Below are positions 1 to 10,870 of a DNA stretch of 64,000 nt, piece by piece (the stretch's first letter is position 1; every line of letters starts with the position of its first letter). Position numbers and translations under genes: made by a program. The notes beneath the pieces are model-generated. The model did no database searches. It saw only the letters and a list, made by a program, of their open reading frames with translations, and had not been told where the DNA came from. Origin of the DNA: Eledone cirrhosa (taxonomy: Eukaryota); assembly GCA_964016885.1 (NCBI GenBank), contig OZ024742.1:374914001-374978000 (forward strand). The letters are read 5' to 3'.

Positions 1-3000
1 GTGTCGGTGACCTTACAGGGTGGTAGGGTTATTGACAGTGTATGGTGACCTTACAGGGTGGTAGGGGTATTGAAAGTGTATGGTGACCTTACAAGGTGGT
101 AGGGGTATTGACAGTGTATGGTGACCTTACAGGGTGGTAGGGGCATTGACAGTGTATGGTGACCTTACAGGGTGGTAGGGGTATTGAAAGTGTATGGTGA
201 CCTTACAGGGTGCTAGGGGTATTGACAGTGTATGGTGACCTTACAGGGTGCTAGGGGTATTGACAGTGTCTGGTGACCTTACAGGGTGGTAGGGGTATTG
301 ACAGAGTCTGGTGACCTTACAGGGTGGTAGGGGTATTGACAGTGTATGGTGACCTTACAGGGTGGTAGTGGTATTGACAGTGTATGGTGACCTTACAGGG
401 TGGTAGGGGTATTGACAGTGTATGGTGACCTTACAGGGTGGTAGGGGCATTGACAGTGTCTGGTGACCTTACAGTGTGGTAGGGGCATTGACAGTGTCTG
501 GTGACCTTACAGGGTGGCAGGGGTATTGACAGTGTCTGGTGACCTTACAGGGTGGTAGGGGCATTGACAGTGTATGGTGCCCTTACAGGGTGGTAGGGGC
601 ATTGACAGTGTATGGTGACATTACTGGGTGGTATGGGTATTGACAGTGTATGGTGACCTTACAGGGTGGTAGGGGAATTGACAGTGTATGGTGACCTTAC
701 AGGGTGGTAGAGGTATTGACAGTGTATGGTGACCTTACAGGGTGGTAGGGGAATTGACAGTGTATGGTGACCCTACAGGGTGGTAGGGGTATTGACAGTG
801 TATGGTGACCTTACAGGGTGGTAGGGGAATTGACAGTGTATGGTGACCCTACAGGGTGGTAGGGGTATTGACAGTGTATGGTGACCTTACAGGGTGGTAG
901 GGGTATTGACAGTGTATGGTGACCTTACAGGGTGGTAGGGGAATTGACAGTGTATGGTGACCCTACAGGGTGGTAGGGGTATTGACAATGTATGGTGACC
1001 CTACAGGGTGGTAGGGGCATTGACAGTGTATGGTGGCCCTACAGGGTGGTAGGGGTATTGACAGTGTCTGGTGACCCTATAGGGTGGTAGGGGCATTGAC
1101 AGTGTCTGGTGACCTTACAGGGTGGTAGGGGTATTGACAGTGTCTGGTGACCCTACAGGGTGGTAGGGACATTGACAGTGTATGGTGACCTTACAGTGTG
1201 GTAGGGTTATTGACTGGGTCTGGTGACCTTACAGGGTGGTAGGGGTATTGACAGTGTCTGGTGACCTTACAGGGTGGTAGGGGAATTGACAGTGTCTAGT
1301 GACGCTACAGGGCGGTAGGGGCATTGACAGTGTATTGTGACCTTGCAGGGTGGTAGGGATATTGACAGTGTATGGTGACCCTACAGGGTGGTAGGGGCAT
1401 TGACAGTGTAAGGTGACCCTACAGGGTGGTAGGGGAATTGACAGTGTATGGTGACCCTAAAGGGTGGTAGGGGTATTGACAGAGTCTGGTGACCCTATAG
1501 TGTGGTAGGGGTATTGACAGTGTCTGGTGATCTTACAGGGTGGTAGGGGCATTGACAGTGTATGGTGACCCTACAGGATGGTAGGGGTATTGATAGTGTC
1601 TGGTGACCTTACAGAATGGTAGGGGCATTGACAGTGTCTGGTGACCTTACAGGGTGGCAGGGTTATTGACAGTGTATGGTGACCTTACAGGGTGGTAGGG
1701 GTATTGACAGTGTCTGGTGACCTTACAGGGTGGTAGGGGTGTTGACAGTGTCTGGTGACATTACAGGGTGGTAGGGGCATTGAGAGTGTCTGGTAACCTT
1801 ACAGGGTGGTAGTGGCATTGAGAGTGTCTGGTGACCTTACAGGGTGGTAGGGGTATTGACAGAGTATGGTGACCTTACAGGGTGCTAGGGGTGTTGACAG
1901 TGTCTGGTGACCTTACAGGGTGGTAGGGATATTGACAGTGTCTGGTGACCCTACAGGGTAGTAGGGGTATTGACAGTGTCTGGTGACCTTGCAGGGTGGT
2001 AGGGGTATTGACAGTGTCTGGTGACCCTATAGGGTGGTAGGGGCAATGACAGTGTCTGGTGACCTTACAGGGTGGTAGGGGTATTGACAGTGTCTGGTGA
2101 CCCTACAGGGTGGTAGGGACATTGACAGTGTATGGTGACCTTACAGTGTGGTAGGGTTATTGACTGGGTCTGGTGACCTTACAGGGTGGTAGGGGTATTG
2201 ACAGTGTCTGGTGACCTTACAGGGTGGTAGGGGCATTGACAGTGTATGGTGACCTTACAGGGAGGTAGGGGCATTGATAGTGTCTGGTGACCTTACAGGA
2301 TGGTAGGGGTATTGATAGTGTCTGCTGACCTTACATGATGGTAGGGGTATTGACAGTGTATGGTGAACCTACAGGGTGGTAGGGGTATTGACAGTGTCTG
2401 GTAACCTTACATGGTGGTAGGGTTATTGACAGTGTATGGTGACCTTACAGGTTGGTAGGGGTATTGACAGTGTCTGGTGACCTTACAGGGTGGTAGGGGC
2501 ATTGACAGTGTCTAGTGACGCTACAGGGCGGTAGGGGCATTGACAGTGTATGGTGACCTTACAGTGTGGTAGGGTTATTGACTGGGTCTGGTGACCTTAC
2601 AGGGTGGTAGGGGTATTGACAGTGTATGGTGATCCTACAGGGTGGTAGGGGTATTGACAGTGTATCGTGACCTTACAGCGTGGTAGGTGTATTGACAGTG
2701 TATGGTGACCTTACAGGGTGGTAGGGGCATTGACAGTGTCTGGTAAACTTACATGGTGGTAGGGTTATTGACAGTGTATGGTGACCTTACAGGGTGGTAG
2801 GTGTATTGACAGTGTATCGTGACCTTACAGGGTGGTAGGTGTATTGACAGTGTATGGTGACCTTACAGGGTGGTAGGGGCATTGACAGTGTCTGATGACC
2901 TTACAGGGTGGTAGGGGTATTGACAGTGTCTGGTGACCCTACATGGGCGGTAGGGGCATTGACAGTGTATGGTGACCTTACAGGGAGGTAGGTGTATTGA

Positions 3001-4020
3001 CAGTGTATGGTGACCCTACAGGGTGCTAGGGGCATTGACAGAGTATGGTGAACCTATAGGGTGGTAGGGGCATTGACAGTGTATGGGGACCTTACAGGGT
3101 GGTAGGAGTATTGACAGTGTCGGTGACCTTACAGGGTGGTAGGGGCATTGACAGTGTATGGTGACCTTACAGGGTGGTAGGGGTATTGAAAGTGTATGGT
3201 GACCTTACAGGGTGCTAGGGGTATTGACAGTGTATGTTGACCTTACAGGGTGGTAGGGGTATTGACAGTGTCTGGTGACCTTACAGGGTGGTAGGGGTAT
3301 TGACAGAGTCTGGTGACCTTACAGGGTGGTAGGGGTATTGACAGTGTATGGTGACCCTACAGGGTGGTCGGGGTATTGACAGTGTATCGTGACCTTACAG
3401 GGTGGTAGGGGTATTGACAGTGTATGGTGACCTTACAGGGTGGTAGGGGCATTGACAGTGTCTGGTGACCTTACAGTGTGGTAGGGGCATTGACAGTGTC
3501 TGGTGACCTTACAGGGTGGTAGGGGTATTGACAGTGTCTGGTGACCTTACAGGGTGGTAGGGGCATTGACAGTGTATGGTGACCTTACAGGGTGGTAGGG
3601 GCATTGACAGTGTTTAGTGACGCTACAGGGCGGTAGGGGCATGGAGAGTGTATTGTGACCTTGCAGGGTGGTAGGGGTATTGACAGTGTATGGTGACCCT
3701 ACAGGGTGGTAGGGGCATTGATAGTGTCTGGTGATCTTACAGGGTGGTAAGGGCATTGACAGTGTATGGTGACCCTACAGGGTGGTAGGGGCATTGACAG
3801 TGTAAGGTGACCCTACAGGGTGGTAGGGGAATTGACAGTGTATGGTGACCCTACAGGGTGGTAGGGGTATTGACAGTGTATGGTGACCCTACAGGGTGGT
3901 AGGGGCATTGATAGTGTCTGGTGACCTTACAGGATGGTAGGGGTATTGATAGTGTCTGGTGACCTTACAGGATGGTAGGGGTATTGATAGTGTCTGCTGA
4001 CCTTACAGGATGATAGGGGT

Positions 4021-6300
4021 ATTGACAGTGTATGGTGACCCTACAGGGTGGTAGGGGTATTGACAGTGTCTGGTGACCTTACAGGGTGGTAGGGGCATTG
4101 ACAGTGTCTGGTAACCTTACATGGTGGTAGGGTTATTGACAGTGTATGGTGACCTTACAGGGTGGTAGGGGTATTGACAGTGTATCGTGACCTTACAGGG
4201 TGGTAGGGGTATTGACAGTGTATGGTGACCTTACAGGGTGGTAGGGGCATTGATAGTGTCTGATGACCTTACAGGGTGGTAGGGGTATTGACAGTGTCTG
4301 GTGACCCTACATGGGCGGTAGGGGCATTGACAGTGTATGGTGACCTTACAGGGTGGTAGGTGTATTGACAGTGTATGGTGGCCCTACAGGGTGCTAGGGG
4401 CATTGACAGTGTATGGTGAACCCATAGGGTGGTAGGGGCATTGACAGGGTATGGGGACCTTACAGGGTGGTAGGAGTATTGACAGTGTCGGTGACCTTAC
4501 AGGGTGGTAGGGGTATTGACAGTGTATGGTGACCTTACAGGGTGGTAGGGGCATTGACAGTGTATGGTGACCTTACAGGGTGGTAGGGGTATTGACAGTG
4601 TCTGGTGACCTTACAGGGTGGTAGGCGTATTGAAAGTGTATGGTGACCTTACAGGGTGCTAGGGGTATTGACAGTGTATGGTGACCTTACAGGGTGGTAG
4701 GGGTATTGACAGTGTCTGGTGACCTTACAGGGTGGTAGGGGTATTGACAGAGTCTGGTGACCTTACAGGGTGGTAGGGGTATTGACAGTGTATGGTGACC
4801 CTACAGGGTGGTAGGGGTATTGACAGTGTATCGTGACCTTACAGGGTGGTAGGGGTATTGACAGTGTATGGTGACCTTACAGGGTGGTAGGGGCATTCAC
4901 AGTGTCTGGTGACCTTACAGTGTGGTAGGGGCATTGACAGTGTCTGGTGACCTTACAGGGTGGTAGGGGTATTGACAGTGTCTGGTGACCTTACAGGGTG
5001 GTAGGGGCATTGACAGTGTATGGTGACCTTACCGGGTGGTAGGGGCATTGACAGTGTATGGTGACATTACAGGGTGGTATGGGTATTGACAGTGTCTGGT
5101 TTCCTTACAGGGTGGTAGGGGTGTTGACAGTGTCTGGTGACCTTACAGGGTGGTATGCGCATTGACAGTGTATGGTGACCCTACAGGGTGGTAGGGGTAT
5201 TGACAGTGTCTGGTGACCTTACAGGGTGGTAGGGGCATTGACAGTGTCTGGTAACCTTACATGGTGGTAGGGTTATTGACAGTGTATGGTGACCTTACAG
5301 GGTGGTAGGGGTATTGACAGTGTATCGTGACCTTACAGGGTGGTAGGGGTATTGACAGTGTATGATGACCTTACAGAGTGGTAGGGGCATTGATAGTGTC
5401 TGATGACCTTACAGGGTGGTAGGGGTATTGACAGTGTCTGGTGACCCTACATGGGCGGTAGGGGCATTGACAGTGTATGGTGACCTTACAGGGTGGTAGG
5501 TGTATTGACAGTGTATGGTGGCCCTTCAGGGTGCTAGGGGCATTGACAGTGTATGGTGAACCCATAGGGTGGTAGGGGCATTGACAGGGTATGGGGACCT
5601 TACAGGGTGGTAGGAGTATTGACAGTGTCGGTGACCTTACAGGGTGGTAGGGGTATTGACAGTGTATGGTGACCTTACAGGGTGGTAGGGGCATTGACAG
5701 TGTATGGTGACCTTACAGGGTGGTAGGGGTATTGACAGTGTCTGGTGACCTTACAGGGTGGTAGGCGTATTGAAAGTGTATGGTGACCTTACAGGGTGCT
5801 AGGGGTATTGACAGTGTATGGTGACCTTACAGGGTGGTAGGGGTATTGACAGTGTCTGGTGACCTTACAGGGTGGTAGGGGTATTGACAGAGTCTGGTGA
5901 CCTTACAGGGTGGTAGGGGTATTGACAGTGTATGGTGACCCTACAGGGTGGTAGGGGTATTGACAGTGTATCGTGACCTTACAGGGTGGTAGGGGTATTG
6001 ACAGTGTATGGTGACCTTACAGGGTGGTAGGGGCATTCACAGTGTCTGGTGACCTTACAGTGTGGTAGGGGCATTGACAGTGTCTGGTGACCTTACAGGG
6101 TGGTAGGGGTATTGACAGTGTCTGGTGACCTTACAGGGTGGTAGGGGCATTGACAGTGTATGGTGATCTTACCGGGTGGTAGGGGCATTGACAGTGTATG
6201 GTGACATTACAGGGTGGTATGGGTATTGACAGTGTCTGGTTTCCTTACAGGGTGGTAGGGGTGTTGACAGTGTCTGGTGACCTTACAGGGTGGTATGCGC
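4021..6300. repeat. Tandem duplication of a 30-monomer (1,140 bp) block: 4021-5160 and 5161-6300
   Basis: Rare markers recur at exactly +1140: TTCCTTACAG at 5101/6241, TGGTATGCGC at 5151/6291, ATGGGCGG at 4311/5451. A few private differences exist, e.g. GCCCTACAGG at 4381 vs GCCCTTCAGG at 5521. Confidence 0.95.
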
Positions 6301-6539
6301 ATTGACAGTGTATGGTGACCTTACAGGGTGGTAGGGATATTGACAGTGTATGGTGACCTTACAGGGTGGTAGGGGCATTGAGAGTGTCTGGTAACCTTAC
6401 AGGGTGGTAGTGGCATTGACAGTGTCTGGTGAACTTACAGGGTGGTAGGGGTATTGACAGTGTATGGTGACCTTACAGGGTGGTAGGGCTATTGACAGTG
6501 TATCGTGACCTTACAGGTTGGTAGGGGTATTGACAGTGT

Positions 6540-9500
6540 ATGGTGACCTTACAGGGTGGTTATGGCATTGACAGTGTCTGGTGACCTTACAGTGTGGTAG
6601 GGGCATTGACAGTGTCTGGTGAACTTACAGGGTGGTAGGGGTATTGACAGTGTCTGGTGACCTTACAGGGTGGTAGGGGCATTGACAGTGTATGGTGACC
6701 TTACAGGGTGGTAGGGGCATTGACAGTGTATGGTGACATTACAGGGTGGTATGGGTATTGACAGTGTCTGGTGACCTTACAGGGTGGTAGGGGTGTTGAC
6801 AGTGTCTGGTGACCTTACAGGCTGGTAGGGGCATTGAGAGTGTCTGGTAACCTTACAGGGTGGTAGTGGCATTGACAGTGTCTGGTGACCTTACAGGGTG
6901 GTAGGGGTATTGACAGTGTATGGTGACCTTACAGGGTGGTAGGGGTATTGACAGTGTATGGTGACCTTACAGGGTGGTAGGGGTATTGACAGTGTCTGGT
7001 GACCTTACAGGGTGGTAGGGTTATTGACAGAGTCTGGTGACCTTACAGGGTGGTAGGGGTATTGACAGTGTATGGTGACCTTACAGGGTGGTAGGGGTAT
7101 TGACAGTGTATCGTGACCTTACAGGGTGGTAGGGGTATTGACAGTGTATGGTGACCTTACAGGGTGGTAGGGGCATTGACAGTGTCTGGTGACCTTACAG
7201 TGTGGTAGGAGCATTGACAGTGTCTGGTTACCTTACAGGGTGGTAGGGGTATTGACAGTGTCTGGTGACCTTACAGGATGGTAGGGGCATTGACAGTGTA
7301 TGGTGACCTTACAGGGTGGTAGGGGCATTGACAGTGTACGGTGACATTACAGGGTGGTATGGGTATTGACAGTGTCTGGTGACCTTACAGGGTGGTAGGG
7401 GTGTTGACAGTGTCTGGTGACCTTACAGGGTGGTAGGGGCATTGAGAGTGTCTGGTAACGTTACAGGGTGGTAGTGGCATTGACAGTGTCTGGTGACCTT
7501 CCAGGGTGGTAGGGGTATTGACAGTGTATGGTGACCTTACAGGGTGCTAGGGGTATTGACAGTGTCTGGTGACCCTATAGGGTGGTAGGGGCATTGACAG
7601 TGTCTGGTGACCTTACATGGTGGTAGGGGTATTGACAGTGTCTGGTGACCCTACAGGGTGGTAGGGACATTGACAGTGTATGGTGACCTTACAGTGTGGT
7701 AGGGTTATTGACTGGGTCTGGTGACCTTACAGGGTGGTAGGGGCATTGACAGTGTCTAGTGACGCTACAGGGCGGTAGGGGCATGGAGAGTGTATTGTGA
7801 CCTTGCAGGGTGGTAGGGATATTGACAGTGTATGGTGACCCTACAGGGTGGTAGGGGAATTGACAGTGTATGGTGACCCTACAGGGTGGTAGGGGTATTG
7901 ACAGTGTATGGTGACCCTACAGGGTGGTAGGGGCATTGATAGTGTCTGGTGACCTTACAGGATGGTAGGGGTATTGATAGTGTCTGGTGACCTTACAGGA
8001 TGGTAGGGGTATTGATAGTGTCTGCTGACCTTACAGGATGGTAGGGGTATTGACAGTGTATGGTGACCCTACAGGGTGGTAGGGGTATTGACAGTGTCTG
8101 GTGACATTACAGGGTGGTAGGGGCATTGACAGTGTCTGGTAACCTTACATGGTGGTAGGGTTATTGACAGTGTATGGTGACCTTACAGGGTGGTAGGGGT
8201 ATTGACAGTGTATCGTGACCTTACAGGGTGGTAGGGGTATTGACAGTGTATGGTGACCTTACAGGGTGGTAGGGGCATTGACAGTGTCTGATGACCTTAC
8301 AGGGTGGTAGGGGTATTGACAGTGTCTGGTGACCCTACATGGGCGGTAGGGGCATTGACAGTGTATGGTGACCTTACAGGGTGGTAGGTGTATTGACAGT
8401 GTATGGTGACCTTACAGGGTGCTAGGGGCATTGACAGTGTATGGTGAACCTATAGGGTGGTAGGGGCATTGACAGTGTATGGGGACCTTACAGGGTGGTA
8501 GGAGTATTGACAGTGTCGGTGACCTTACAGGGTGGTAGGGGTATTGACAGTGTATGGTGACCTTACAGGGTGGTTATGGCATTGACAGTGTCTGGTGACC
8601 TTACAGTGTGGTAGGGGCATTGACAGTGTCTGGTGAACTTACAGGGTGGTAGGGGTATTGACAGTGTCTGGTGACCTTACAGGGTGGTAGGGGCATTGAC
8701 AGTGTATGGTGACCTTACAGGGTGGTAGGGGCATTGACAGTGTATGGTGACATTACAGGGTGGTATGGGTATTGACAGTGTCTGGTGACCTTACAGGGTG
8801 GTAGGGGTGTTGACAGTGTCTGGTGACCTTACAGGCTGGTAGGGGCATTGAGAGTGTCTGGTAACCTTACAGGGTGGTAGTGGCATTGACAGTGTCTGGT
8901 GACCTTACAGGGTGGTAGGGGTATTGACAGTGTATGGTGACCTTACAGCGTGGTAGGGGTATTGACAGTGTATGGTGACCTTACAGGGTGGTAGGGGTAT
9001 TGACAGTGTCTGGTGACCTTACAGGGTGGTAGGGTTATTGACAGAGTCTGGTGACCTTACAGGGTGGTAGGGGTATTGACAGTGTATGGTGACCTTACAG
9101 GGTGGTAGGGGTATTGACAGTGTATCGTGACCTTACAGGGTGGTAGGGGTATTGACAGTGTATGGTGACCTTACAGGGTGGTTATGGCATTGACAGTGTC
9201 TGGTGACCTTACAGTGTGGTAGGGGCATTGACAGTGTCTGGTGAACTTACAGGGTGGTAGGGGTATTGACAGTGTCTGGTGACCTTACAGGGTGGTAGGG
9301 GCATTGACAGTGTATGGTGACCTTACAGGGTGGTAGGGGCATTGACAGTGTATGGTGACATTACAGGGTGGTATGGGTATTGACAGTGTCTGGTGACCTT
9401 ACAGGGTGGTAGGGGTGTTGACAGTGTCTGGTGAATTTACAGGCTGGTAGGGGCATTGAGAGTGTCTGGTAACCTTACAGGGTGGTAGTGGCATTGACAG

Positions 9501-10870
9501 TGTCTGGTGACCTTACAGGGTGGTAGGGGTATTGACAGTGTATGGTGACCTTACAGCGTGGTAGGGGTATTGACAGTGTATGGTGACCTTACAGGGTGGT
9601 AGGGGCATTGACAGTGTACGGTGACATTACAGGGTGGTATGGGTATTGACAGTGTCTGGTGACCTTGCAGGGTGGTAGGGGTGTTGACAGTGTCTGGTGA
9701 CCTTACAGGGTGGTAGGGGCATTGAGAGTGTCTGGTAACCTTACAGGGTGGTAGTGGCATTGACAGTGTCTGGTGACCTTCCAGGGTGGTAGGGGTATTG
9801 ACAGTGTATGGTGACCTTACAGGGTGCTAGGGGTATTGACAGTGTCTGGTGACCCTATAGGGTGGTAGGGGCATTGACAGTGTCTGGTGACCTTACATGG
9901 TGGTAGGGGTATTGACAGTGTCTGGTGACCCTACAGGGTGGTAGGGACATTGACAGTGTATGGTGACCTTACAGTGTGGTAGGGTTATTGACTGGGTCTG
10001 GTGACCTTACAGGGTGGTAGGGGCATTGACAGTGTCTAGTGACGCTACAGGGCGGTAGGGGCATGGAGAGTGTATTGTGACCTTGCAGGGTGGCAGGGAT
10101 ATTGACAGTGTATGGTGACCCTACAGGGTGGTAGGGGCATTGACAGTGTAAGGTGACCCTACAGGGTGGTAGGGGAATTGACAGTGTATGGTGACCCTAC
10201 AGGGTGGTAGGGGTATTGACAGTGTATGGTGACCCTACAGGGTGGTAGGGGCATTGATAGTGTCTGGTGACCTTACAGGATGGCAGGGGTATTGATAGTG
10301 TCTGGTGAACTTACAGGATGGTAGGGGTATTGATAGTGTCTGCTGACCTTACAGGATGGTAGGGGTATTGACAGTGTATGGTGACCCTACAGGGTGGTAG
10401 GGGTATTGACAGTGTCTGGTGACATTACAGGGTGGTAGGGGCATTGACAGTGTCTGGTAACCTTACATGGTGGTAGGGTTATTGACAGTGTATGGTGACC
10501 TTACAGGGTGGTAGGGGTATTGACAGTGTATCGAGACCTTACAGGGTGGTAGGGGTATTGACAGTGTATGGTGACCTTACAGGGTGGTAGGGGCATTGAC
10601 AGTGTCTGATGACCTTACAGGGTGGTAGGGGTATTGACAGTGTCTGGTGACCCTACATGGGCGGTAGGGGCATTGACAGTGTATGGTGACCTTACAGGGT
10701 GGTAGGTGTATTGACAGTGTATGGTGACCTTACAGGGTGCTAGGGGCATTGACAGTGTATGGTGAACCTATAGGGTGGTAGGGGCATTGACAGTGTATGG
10801 GGACCTTACAGGGTGGTAGGAGTATTGACAGAGTCGGTGACCTTACAGGGTGGTAGGGGTATTGACAGTG
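6540..10870. repeat. Tandem duplication of a ~53-61-monomer block (~6540-8555 and ~8555-10870) with an internal 16-monomer partial re-duplication
   Basis: TATGGC marker at 6561, 8575 (+2014 = 53 units) and 9183 (+608 = 16 units). CCAGGGTGGT at 7501/9781 and GCATGGAGAG at 7781/10061 (+2280 = 60 units). CATGGGCGG at 8338/10656 (+2318 = 61 units). Confidence 0.88.

Noticed and set aside
32-70. TTGACA (perfect sigma70 -35 hexamer) in nearly every monomer
   Set aside because: The sequence 17 bp downstream is AGGGTG, not a -10 box. The TATAGT variant (e.g. ~1496) sits only 14 bp away. There is no downstream gene and the context is not prokaryote-like.
4895-4910. CACAGTG (V(D)J RSS heptamer) in occasional variants, e.g. 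~4898, 6038, 17246, 22604
   Set aside because: It is a single substitution from the consensus GACAGTG, with no ACAAAAACC nonamer at a 12- or 23-bp spacing.
6815-6835. Chi-like or Jeffreys minisatellite-core resemblance (GCTGGTAG variant vs GCTGGTGG)
   Set aside because: The match is only 6-7 of 8 bases in a G/T-rich repeat, which is expected by chance. No exact Chi site was noticed.
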